Made by a program: the position numbers and the translations under genes. 64,000 bases of DNA from Nitrosopumilus sp. (GTDB lineage Archaea > Thermoproteota > Nitrososphaeria > Nitrososphaerales > Nitrosopumilaceae). The stretch covers positions 2,214 through 66,213 of the forward strand of contig CBDBLO010000002.1 of NCBI GenBank assembly GCA_965207075.1, read 5' to 3'. The notes below the pieces were generated by a model. It was not told the DNA's origin and searched no databases. It worked only from the letters and a program-made list of their open reading frames with translations. Below are positions 18,926 through 27,292 of the stretch, one piece after another. Each line of letters opens with the position of its first letter. The first letter of the stretch is position 1.

Positions 18926-19723
18926 GTGAGCGAGGAACCGGCGGAGTGCCACATAGAGCTTGAGAGTTTCGAGGATCTGGCAAGGCTTGCGTGCTCGTAC
19001 CAGGCCCATCCGAGGAGGATCTTCAGTTTCGTAAGGGATGACGGTGGCGACGGGGGCGGGAACGGTGCGGACGTAGGCGACGGGGATGGCAACGGCGGTA
19101 ACGGCATCGGCAACAACAGCAGTGGCGACGGGGGCGGCAACAACGACGGAGGCACCCGCGTCGCGGCGACCGTGTTCAACCTAGCAAACACCCTCGTAGT
19201 CATGTACGCCCCGCTTCCAAAGGACGGCAGGTACGTGTCATATGTAATCGACGGAGGAAGGGAGCGCGCCGACGTGGTGGACGCGGCGTCAAATTCCGCA
19301 AGCTATGCGCCCATAATACACGTAAACAGCGAGCCGTGCCTGACGCACATGGAGGCCGACCCGCCGGCAGACGACATACCCGACGTGCTCCACCCGATAG
19401 AGCTTGCGGACCTGGGCAGCCTGGCGAGGCTCACGTACGATCCGGACTTCCCAGACGAGCCGGATCCCGTCATATACGCGGTGCCGGTGGGCGGGCTGTG
19501 GGCCCTGGGGTACGTGGTGGCCTACGACATGGAGGAGTCCCACTACGTGTTCTACCACGTGATGCGCGACGCAAAGCCCGACAAGCCGTTCCTTAGGTAC
19601 GGGCACGACAGGGCGCAGGAGCCCGAACTGTCAGACAGGATAGAGCACGGGTACGTGTACATGCCGATAGTGACCGTCAGGGACCAGCATCCCATCTTCG
19701 GCTTTGACGCGCACCACCGGTGA
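18926..19723 (+). CDS. Hypothetical protein with an internal Gly/Asn/Asp-rich insertion
   Basis: Internal duplication (IELESFEDLARL / IELADLGSLARL); coding-like codon usage. Confidence 0.75.
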   Translation: MSEEPAECHIELESFEDLARLACSYQAHPRRIFSFVRDDGGDGGGNGADVGDGDGNGGNGIGNNSSGDGGGNNDGGTRVAATVFNLANTLVVMYAPLPKDGRYVSYVIDGGRERADVVDAASNSASYAPIIHVNSEPCLTHMEADPPADDIPDVLHPIELADLGSLARLTYDPDFPDEPDPVIYAVPVGGLWALGYVVAYDMEESHYVFYHVMRDAKPDKPFLRYGHDRAQEPELSDRIEHGYVYMPIVTVRDQHPIFGFDAHHR

Positions 19724-19736
19724 CCGCTGCTGCCGC

Positions 19737-20438
19737 TTATGACGGCGCGGCCAAATCCCTGATGCGGGCCTCGGACTCGGAGATCATGCGCTGCAGGGCC
19801 TGCACGTACACGTCCGCCGCGCGGGCCATCTCCACCGTATGCGTCTCTCCCCCCTCGTGCCGGACCACTGCAAAGCAGAGCGCCCCCACGTCCTTGGCCG
19901 ACACGGCCGGCTCGCCGCCGCGGCGCCTCTTGTCGTTTGCCATGTCGAGGAACGCGGGCAGCCGCCTCCTGACCTCTACTGACAGCTCGTCGCGCGAGCG
20001 CAGCCTGCCGCCGCGGAAGGTGAGTCCCGCCGCGTCAACCTCGTACGAGGGGTCGTCCGCGTACCCGTCCGATACGCCGATCATTATCCGGACTTTGGGG
20101 GCCCGCCCGTGCGTCTTTACCATGCGGCGCGCCGCCCCTACTGCACGCGTGTACACCGCGGAGTGCCACGGGCCGGAATGCTGCGCGTCGAACCACCCGA
20201 GGAATTCGGAGGCCGACGCGTCCCGTCCCCCCCTTGCACGTATGGCGGCCTCAAAGGAGTCGCGCGCGGCGTGCCTGCCCATGCACGGCAGCAGCCCAAA
20301 GTCGGTGCCCGCCGTGTGGAATATGCCGTCGACCGCGGCGTTCGCGGCCCTCAGGTACTGCTCAAAGTGGCGCCCGGTATAGTACGGATCCGGGTTGTGC
20401 AGCCTGATCTGCTTGGCGCGCATGCGGCATTCCTGCAT
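19737..20438 (-). CDS. Hypothetical protein
   Basis: 3' part of ORF 19737..20720 reads as real protein from MQECRMRAKQIRL. Confidence 0.55.
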   Translation of the reverse strand: MQECRMRAKQIRLHNPDPYYTGRHFEQYLRAANAAVDGIFHTAGTDFGLLPCMGRHAARDSFEAAIRARGGRDASASEFLGWFDAQHSGPWHSAVYTRAVGAARRMVKTHGRAPKVRIMIGVSDGYADDPSYEVDAAGLTFRGGRLRSRDELSVEVRRRLPAFLDMANDKRRRGGEPAVSAKDVGALCFAVVRHEGGETHTVEMARAADVYVQALQRMISESEARIRDLAAPS

Positions 20439-20499
20439 TGCGTCGGACTGGGTCGCGTGCACGACTCTGTGATGTCGCGGGTGCGTATATTGATATCCG

Positions 20500-20973
20500 T
20501 CACAACCCGAGCGCCCGCTCCCACTGCCTGTTGTATTCGGCAAGCAGCCCGGCCTGCACGCGGCGGAGGGCGTGTCCCTGGGACGCGGCGGCGGCCGCGG
20601 CGGCCCTCGCGTGCTGTATGGCGCTCTCCGAGCAGGCGTCCTGCCATCTCCCGGCCCAGTACAGGCCGGCCCCCTTGAGCAGCTCCGTGTCCAGGCCGAC
20701 TGCCCGGTGGCACAGGTCAAGGTAGGAGGCCGCCGCGCGTATCGCGGACCCCTGCAGGACTACGGCCGACTCGGTCCAGCCCGCCAGGGCCGCGCGGTAC
20801 AGGTCCCACGAGCGCTCGAGGTCCGGGGTGGCGGCGGGGAACGTCGGCAGCAGCGGCCCGGGTGCTACGGCGGCGGTGGCCGCGGCGCCCTGCCGGATCG
20901 GTGATGACGATTTCTTGCCGGGGGACTTCTTTGCCTTCTTCTTGCCGCCCTTCTCCTTCTTGCCGCCGGCCAT
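20500..20973 (-). CDS. Hypothetical helical protein with a Lys-rich N-terminus
   Basis: MAGGKKEKGGKKK, then amphipathic helices with spaced Trp. Confidence 0.55.
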   Translation of the reverse strand: MAGGKKEKGGKKKAKKSPGKKSSSPIRQGAAATAAVAPGPLLPTFPAATPDLERSWDLYRAALAGWTESAVVLQGSAIRAAASYLDLCHRAVGLDTELLKGAGLYWAGRWQDACSESAIQHARAAAAAAASQGHALRRVQAGLLAEYNRQWERALGL

Positions 20974-21105
20974 ACCCGCGGTGCCACATACAGAACCTTA
21001 AACTTTGTCCTGCTGCACGCGCATCACAGCCGTCCGCAACCGCGGCCGTCGCCGCAGCCTGCAAAAAAAACGACACTATTATGGAAGGCCCCGCCCACAC
21101 CCCGC

Positions 21106-21342
21106 ATGGACGACGCGGGCACCCGCGGCAGCGGCACGATCAGGGAGGAGGAAAAGGGCAGGCGGTTCCTAGAGCTTATAGACAGGCAGAATACGCTCCA
21201 GCAGGCCATCGCGTCAAAGCTGACGCGCCTGATAAGCGAGCACGGCTGGGACTCGGACGCGCTGCGCGCGGAGCTGGCAGGCCTGGTCGCGGAACACTCG
21301 CGGGTCACCGGGGAGATAAACGGGCTGGACGCGGGCGCGTGA
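21106..21342 (+). CDS. Small coiled-coil hypothetical protein
   Basis: FLELIDRQNTLQQAIASKL heptads. Confidence 0.65.
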   Translation: MDDAGTRGSGTIREEEKGRRFLELIDRQNTLQQAIASKLTRLISEHGWDSDALRAELAGLVAEHSRVTGEINGLDAGA

Positions 21343-21554
21343 GCCGGGCGCCGCCATGCCGCGTGCAGACGGGCCGCCGAGATGGAGGGGCGCGCCGTGG
21401 ATGTGGGAGAGGACACGCGCCGCAGGCAGCCACCCCGATGCGGCCCCGGGGTTGCGGCCCGTGCCGCATCTTGGCGCGATCGCGGCCGGCTTTATACCCC
21501 TACATTTTACAAAATAAGATATAGTTTTATAGGTATGTAGGGGTAGCAGCATAC

Positions 21555-22439
21555 ATGGTGCGGGTACGAAAAAGGCGGCTCGGGGGCAGCACCTACCATT
21601 ACCTTGAACATAGTATGAGGGACGGGGGCAGGATACGAAAAAAGGAGCGCTATGTCGGAAGGGCGCTCCCACCCAACATGGACGAGATCATGCAGGACTT
21701 TGTGCACGAGATATACAATGAGCGGTGGCGTGCGGACATTGACACCATAAGAAGGAACTTTGCCAAGGAACGCAGGATCATGCCAAGGACGGTCCGGGAA
21801 AAAGAGGCCCGGTCCTTTGCAGTGCGGTTCACGTACGACACGCAGAAAATAGAGGGCTCCACGCTCACCAGGAGGGAGGTTGCAGACCTGCTCGAGAAGG
21901 GCATCACCCCAAAAAACAGGCCGATGGCAGACGTGCAGGAAGCCGAACTGCACAACAAACTATTCCACAGGATGCTCGGGTTCAAGGGCGACTTGACACT
22001 GCAGCTGCTGCTTGACTGGCACTGGGACCTCTTTGGCGTGACCAAGCCGGACATTGCCGGAGACATAAGGAGATACCGGGTGGGCATAACCGGAAGCGAG
22101 TTTGTCCCGCCCCCGCCGTACGAGGTGCGGCCGATGCTGGCCGAGATGTTCGAGTGGTACGAGAGCAACAAGTCCAGAGTTCACCCGGTCATGCTCGCCG
22201 CGTTGGTTCACCTCAAGATAGTGACGATACACCCGTTTGGCGACGGCAACGGCAGAATCACAAGGCTCGCGATGAACTTCATACTGAACAGGAACAAGTA
22301 TCCCATGCTCGACATCCCGTATGAGGGGAGAAGCGGTTACTACAACTCGCTGGAGAGGGCGCAGGTGGGGAAAGACGAGCTTGCGTCTATCCAGTGGCTT
22401 GCAAAAAAGTACATAAAAGCGTACAGCGCTTACCTGTAG
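21555..22439 (+). CDS. Fic family protein
   Basis: Canonical Fic motif HPFGDGNGRITR; TQKIEGSTL N-terminal motif. Confidence 0.92.
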   Translation: MVRVRKRRLGGSTYHYLEHSMRDGGRIRKKERYVGRALPPNMDEIMQDFVHEIYNERWRADIDTIRRNFAKERRIMPRTVREKEARSFAVRFTYDTQKIEGSTLTRREVADLLEKGITPKNRPMADVQEAELHNKLFHRMLGFKGDLTLQLLLDWHWDLFGVTKPDIAGDIRRYRVGITGSEFVPPPPYEVRPMLAEMFEWYESNKSRVHPVMLAALVHLKIVTIHPFGDGNGRITRLAMNFILNRNKYPMLDIPYEGRSGYYNSLERAQVGKDELASIQWLAKKYIKAYSAYL

Positions 22440-22559
22440 TTGCAACAAACTCCTAGCTTTGCAGACATCTTGCCGTCTGATTACCGGATTCAGGGGGCCC
22501 TGACATTACTGCGCTATTATGAGCATGCAAAGATCCGTCGGGATCCGCATTCCCCGGAT

Positions 22560-22751
22560 ACCGGCTCCACCGCCCCTTGCGCATTCCACGCCGTCTCTCC
22601 GAGGAGTCCGCGCCTGCGCCTTTGGCCTATAACCTCTGGAGAGCATCAGGGCCCTTCCCGACTACAGCATGGCGTTGTATGCGGCGTTGTGAGCCCACCC
22701 CCACTCGCCGATCTCGTTTCTTATCTGATGAAGATCAGTGCTTGAGTTCCC
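22560..22751 (-). pseudogene. HEPN-domain toxin remnant
   Basis: Translation IGEWGWAHNAAYNAML*SGRALMLSRGYRPK with an in-frame TAG at 22662-22664; no start codon; directly follows the MNT gene. Confidence 0.65.
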
Positions 22752-23351
22752 CTATGATCCTTGCTTGACAAGTCGTCTAAACTCATCTGAATCACCGACA
22801 ATCATAATGACCGGGGTCTCTGCCAGCTCCCTGACCAGCGGGATACCCAGCCCCGCCTTTTCCAGAAACTCATCTTCCGTCCACAGCACGAGGCTGACCT
22901 GCCTGCCCGTCTCCCTCTCCGTCCGCATTACAGACTTCAGTACGGCGCCCTCATCAACGCCGCCTATCACGAGCAGATCAATGTCGCTTGACGCAACCTC
23001 CACGCCCTTTGCAAAGGATCCATAAATCAGGGCAAAGCGTATCCTTTCCCTTTCCTTCTTGCTGATCCCGGCAAGCAGCTGCGCGCCGAGGCCCTCCGTC
23101 TTTAGGAATATTCTCTTCAGCTCGTCTGCGATGGAGGCGCCCTCGTCCAGCCTGTACAGAACCATCCTTCCCACTCTCCTTTTCTTCAAGAGGCCCAGCT
23201 GTTCAAGGTTTTCCAGCTCCCTTTGAACGAGTATCGGGGTAGCGTGAATCGTCCCGGCCATCCCCCTAATGTGATACTCCGAGCCGGAGTTCAGCAAGAA
23301 CTGGGACAGTATGCCCACGCGGGTCTTTGAGGTGAACAGCCTCTCCAACAT
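22752..23351 (-). CDS. wHTH plus minimal nucleotidyltransferase (MNT) antitoxin
   Basis: LFTSKTRVGIL...ELENLEQLGLL HTH; YGSFAKG...SDIDLLVIG Pol-beta motif. Confidence 0.85.
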   Translation of the reverse strand: MLERLFTSKTRVGILSQFLLNSGSEYHIRGMAGTIHATPILVQRELENLEQLGLLKKRRVGRMVLYRLDEGASIADELKRIFLKTEGLGAQLLAGISKKERERIRFALIYGSFAKGVEVASSDIDLLVIGGVDEGAVLKSVMRTERETGRQVSLVLWTEDEFLEKAGLGIPLVRELAETPVIMIVGDSDEFRRLVKQGS

Positions 23352-23517
23352 TGTATGCTTTTAATATACATATGTATATAAAAATTATACAATACGTCAC
23401 CGAGCGGTTGGCCGAAGAACGGACGGCAATCATTGCAGGTAAGAGATCAACGCGTGCCGCAGCGGACGTGCCGGACGGCTCGGCCGGTGCCGGGCTGCTG
23501 CCAGGACCTGTCGAGCC

Positions 23518-24450
23518 TCAGAGCGCCGAGTCTACCATCAGCGCTATGAACAGCACCGCCAAATACGGGCTTGAGAACTTGAAGAGCGTCCATGACGCGC
23601 GCTCCATGGGTTTGGCAATCACCCACGCGGACAGCGCGATCATCAAGACCCCGGAGGCCACGGCCGTCCACAGGTACGCGGGCCCCACCATGGCGGTGCC
23701 GTCCTCCATTACAAGGAAGAACGGTACGATGGAGAACGCCACCATCACGACCGTGGACAGCGCAATGGCCCTGGCCGACGTCCCCTCCGACTGCACCGCC
23801 GTCAGCATCGGGACGCCCACCCTGTTGTAGTCCTCCTTGAAGTGCAGCGTCAGCGCCCAGATGTGCATGGGTATCCATATGAACACGAGGCCCGCCATCG
23901 CAAGCCCCATGGTCCACAGGTCCGACGTCGTGACTGCCACCCAGCCTATCATGGGCGGGGCACCCCCGCACAGCCCGCCGAGTATTATGTTGGTGCGGGA
24001 CGTGCGCTTTAGCGCGTAAGAGTACACCAGCACGTTGTTGAGCAGGCCGAACGCGATGAACCCGGCCGCCCACACCCCCTGCTCCACGGTCGTGGTGAGC
24101 GCGATCGCGGCGGCCAGCACCAGGGACGCGGCGGCCAGCACGAGTCCAAAGTTCCTGGCCTTTGTGGCCGGGTGTATCCTCTTTGAGGGGAGCGGCCTGT
24201 TCTTTGTGCGCTCCATTATGGCGTCGATGTCCCTGTCGTGGTAGTTTGTAAGCGTGTTCGCGGCAGCCGACCCCGCCGCCACAGAGAACAGCACCAAAGC
24301 CCAAGTGGCCGGCGACACTTCCACCCCGTAGATGTTCGACGCCGTCAGCGTGGCCCCGAACGCGGTGAACACCAGCAGATACCATATCTTGGGCTTTGTA
24401 AGCTCATAGTATACGGCCACCCTGGACTGGGACTTTTCGTGCTGCTGCAT
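23518..24450 (-). CDS. cyoE: Protoheme IX farnesyltransferase
   Basis: ELTKPKI, YHDRDIDAIMERTKNRPLP, LKR..NI.LGG.CG.PP and DYNRVGVPML motifs. Confidence 0.95.
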   Translation of the reverse strand: MQQHEKSQSRVAVYYELTKPKIWYLLVFTAFGATLTASNIYGVEVSPATWALVLFSVAAGSAAANTLTNYHDRDIDAIMERTKNRPLPSKRIHPATKARNFGLVLAAASLVLAAAIALTTTVEQGVWAAGFIAFGLLNNVLVYSYALKRTSRTNIILGGLCGGAPPMIGWVAVTTSDLWTMGLAMAGLVFIWIPMHIWALTLHFKEDYNRVGVPMLTAVQSEGTSARAIALSTVVMVAFSIVPFFLVMEDGTAMVGPAYLWTAVASGVLMIALSAWVIAKPMERASWTLFKFSSPYLAVLFIALMVDSAL

Positions 24451-24456
24451 TGCTCC

Positions 24457-24933
24457 TCAGTCATCCCCGGCGCCGCTTCTCATATATGGCATTGCCTTTG
24501 CGCGCGACTTCATCTCCACAAAGGACTCGGAGGACAGCACCCCGTCGATGCGGCCTATCCTTTCGGACACGACCTTGTGCATCTGGTCAAGCGACTCGGA
24601 GTACATCGTGACGAGCATGTCGAACCTGCCGGTCACCTCCGATACGGCGGCGACGCCGTCTATCCTGAACAGCTCGTCTATTATGTGGTCGCGGCGGTTG
24701 GTGTCCATCTTGATCCCGGTCACCGCCTTGACGCCGTACCCGAGGGCCCCGCCGTTGACCTTGATGGTATACCCCTCGATCAAACGGTTCCTGACCAGCC
24801 GCTTTATCCTGGAGTACACCACCGACGGGTTTGCGCCTATCTTCTCGGAGAGGCGCGGCACGGACACCGACGAGTCCGCCGAAAGCTCCCTTAGAATGGA
24901 GACGTCCAGCTCGTCGACCCCCGCGGCAGGCAT
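24457..24933 (-). CDS. Lrp/AsnC family regulator
   Basis: DELDVSIL...LSEKIGANPSVVYSRIKRL; VTGRFDML RAM domain. Confidence 0.9.
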   Translation of the reverse strand: MPAAGVDELDVSILRELSADSSVSVPRLSEKIGANPSVVYSRIKRLVRNRLIEGYTIKVNGGALGYGVKAVTGIKMDTNRRDHIIDELFRIDGVAAVSEVTGRFDMLVTMYSESLDQMHKVVSERIGRIDGVLSSESFVEMKSRAKAMPYMRSGAGDD

Positions 24934-25109
24934 GAGTCCGAGTGCCCTGCGGTTCTTATAAAGTAAGAGGGGGCTGCTTTTCCAAGGCGCGCGGGGGGCG
25001 GCCCTGACTGCCCGCTGTGGCAGAACCGGGGGGCTGTCGCGCTGGGCGGGGCCGCGCGCCGGGCCCATCCACGGTGACGGCGGCGGCGGCGGCGGGGGAT
25101 GCCTTGATG

Positions 25110-25186
25110 GTATGACTCGAACCCGACGCACGCAGGTGTCACAGCTGGAGGACCAGAATGCGCACGAGCCTTGGATCGGCACCATA
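25110..25186 (+). mobile_element. Probable right-end remnant of an IS630-type element
   Basis: CAGAATGCGCACGAGCCTTGGATCGGCACCATA aligns by eye with CGGAACGCGCGCAAACCCTGGATCGGCACTATA at the end of the IS630 remnant (48433-48465, minus strand); ends in TA. Confidence 0.5.
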
Positions 25187-25269
25187 GCCCACAAACGCGC
25201 ATGCCTGCCGCGCGATCGTGCGCCCTGCGTCATCCGCCTGCGTGTCCGTCTTCCCCGGCCCAGCCGGGT

Positions 25270-26784
25270 TCACATCAGAAGCAAGAAGACAGCAGCCGGA
25301 ATTACCACGTATTCGGATCTTGCCTCCAAGTCATACTTTGAGACAACCAGCCCACTTTTGGTACCAGGGCTGCTGTCAAGAAAGCTCACCAGCCCGGACA
25401 GTTCCCTGAAATCAATCCTTTTTCTATACTTGACCTCTATGGGGACCTCTATATCATCCACGCCATACAGTACGAAATCCACTTCCCTGTTCCTCTTGTC
25501 CTTCCAGTAAAACACGTGGTTGTAATAGTCAAAAGTCTGCTTTTTGTTGCTCAGGGCAAAGGCCCACCTAATCAGGTGATCTGCCGTCACGCCCTCGACA
25601 ATCCTTCCCTGGTTGTCCTCCTGATCCACGTAGTCCAGGCTGGCCCCGAAGTTGTCTTTTGCACTTGCCAGGCCGTTGAACACATGGAGGAAGTACGGGT
25701 CGCGGAAGTAGAGCTTCTTGTCACTTCTGATCATTGGGATCTTTTTATCGTCCCCGTACCTGTGTATGACCGACAGGGCAAACATATCCTTTAGCGTGTA
25801 TGCGTAACTTGAGGCGGTGTCCGCGCTTCCAATGTCTGCCTCTTTTGACAGACTGTTCCACGACGCGTGGCTGCCCTGGCTCTTGATTGCCGCCCTGCAG
25901 AACTGCTTTAATTTTGACTCGTTCTTTTGAAATGCGGACCATTGCCCCACGATACTGTCCAGATAGGCCCTGTATGAGTTCTCATTTATGCTGCCCGTCC
26001 TTATCTTCTCGTTGACAATTTTTGGTATCCCTCCAGTTATCATATATTCGCGCAAGAGATCGTCCAGTTCGTCCCGATGCGCACCCACTTGGTAAATTCG
26101 GTCGTCAATTTCCTTGCCCAGCAGCCTTTTAAATACGCCTCTCCTGTCCCGGGCCGGCAGCAGGTGTTTTTTTAACACGTCCCTGATCCTGTCACTCCTC
26201 ATTGATGCGTACTCTGAAAACTTCATCGGGAGCAGGACCTTGTCATGATTGTCAGAAACTTCCCCCCTGCGTCCGGGCAGTCTCTCCGCCGCGTTTCTTA
26301 TGTCGACTGAGTGCGATCCCGTAACCATGACCGTGCAGTTTTCGAGCTTGCCGCTGTCAATCAGCCATTTGATTCCTTTTTGCCAATTGGGCACTGATGA
26401 GATCTCGTCTAGGAACAAATAGCAGCGGTTCTCCCCGCGCAGCCCGCTGCTTATCTTCATGTACCTCTCTATAATCCCCACCAGATCCTGCGCCGTGCCT
26501 ACCAGATCCAGCGTATAGTAGAATATGTTCCATGGGCATATGCCCTTGTCCAGGAATTCCCTTATCTGCAGCTTGACAAGCGTTGTCTTACCCACCTGTC
26601 TTGGACCCCGCAACGAGTACACTACTGGATTGGAAGGCTCAAAGTCATACCTGATGGCGCGCAGCAGCCCGGGCACGTATCTTGTTGCCGATTCCTCCCA
26701 ATCCCTGATTTTCTGATCGCTCCGTATGCTTGAAGGGTCCCTCCACCACGGATTGGCGCCCCACATGGAGCTTTCCTGTGCCAT
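25270..26784 (-). CDS. AAA_14 plus DUF4143 ATP-binding protein
   Basis: GPRQVGKTT Walker A, LFLDEI Walker B, YMITGGIP, KLYFRDP, EVDFV...PIEVK PD-(D/E)xK-like tail. Confidence 0.88.
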   Translation of the reverse strand: MAQESSMWGANPWWRDPSSIRSDQKIRDWEESATRYVPGLLRAIRYDFEPSNPVVYSLRGPRQVGKTTLVKLQIREFLDKGICPWNIFYYTLDLVGTAQDLVGIIERYMKISSGLRGENRCYLFLDEISSVPNWQKGIKWLIDSGKLENCTVMVTGSHSVDIRNAAERLPGRRGEVSDNHDKVLLPMKFSEYASMRSDRIRDVLKKHLLPARDRRGVFKRLLGKEIDDRIYQVGAHRDELDDLLREYMITGGIPKIVNEKIRTGSINENSYRAYLDSIVGQWSAFQKNESKLKQFCRAAIKSQGSHASWNSLSKEADIGSADTASSYAYTLKDMFALSVIHRYGDDKKIPMIRSDKKLYFRDPYFLHVFNGLASAKDNFGASLDYVDQEDNQGRIVEGVTADHLIRWAFALSNKKQTFDYYNHVFYWKDKRNREVDFVLYGVDDIEVPIEVKYRKRIDFRELSGLVSFLDSSPGTKSGLVVSKYDLEARSEYVVIPAAVFLLLM

Positions 26785-26798
26785 GTCCTACTCATATG

Positions 26799-26893
26799 GA
26801 ACTTCTTTATATGTTATAGATTAACCACCCTGAACTTCTTTATATGTTATAGATTAACCACCCTGAACTTCTTTATATGTTATAGATTAACCA
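26799..26893. repeat. 33-bp tandem repeat, 2.9 copies, containing a TATA-like box
   Basis: GAACTTCTTTATATGTTATAGATTAACCACCCT at 26799, 26832 and 26865 (last copy 29 nt); no spacers. Confidence 0.95.
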
Positions 26894-27221
26894 TTCTCGC
26901 AGGAGCGGCATGCCGGAAACGGCGGCGTCGATAGCCCGGCAGGATGCCTGATCCCGGGGGCCTGCACGGGAGAGTCCAAGAAATCTGCAAACTCCCCGGA
27001 CGCGTCCCTCGTACAGGCAAAATCAAGGTCCTCGGAGAATCTGAAGTCCGCAAAGTATGCCTTCTTCAGGGCCGTCCCCCCCCCCCCCCGAAGACCATCT
27101 CGCCCAGCCTTGGAAAACTCGAGATTCTGTACAGCAGGACCGTTGGGACATAGTCCTTTTCAAATATTCCAACCGGCACCCGGTTCCTGCGCGCCGGCTT
27201 CCTGAGTGTGATCTCGTCCAT
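26887..27221 (-). pseudogene. AbiEii-type nucleotidyltransferase toxin, frameshifted and truncated
   Basis: MDEITL...IFEKDYV...MVF-[G14]-TALKKAYFADFRFSEDLDF; the 14-nt C run at 27076-27089 breaks the frame. Confidence 0.75.
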
Positions 27222-27292
27222 CAGCTGCCCCTCCAAGACAGCAAGTCGCCGTCCGACAGCCCGACTGTCATGCGGTAACGGGGCGACGTCTT
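27221..27292 (-). pseudogene. Probable C-terminal remnant of an AbiEi antitoxin
   Basis: KTSPRYRMTVGLSDGDLLSWRGS*, with its stop overlapping the toxin ATG (TGATG); cut by element 3. Confidence 0.4.

Noticed and set aside
22662-22664. Pyrrolysine or readthrough at in-frame TAG codons (also 48940)
   Set aside because: Surrounding sequence is otherwise decayed (missing start, degenerate continuation) and no pyl genes are seen; simple nonsense mutations are more likely
25100-25125. tRNA-like GGGTTCGAGTC on the minus strand
   Set aside because: No cloverleaf can be built around it; the region aligns better with an IS630 right end
26799-26893. Possible CRISPR array (33-bp repeats)
   Set aside because: Repeats are directly adjacent with no spacers, and no cas genes are present
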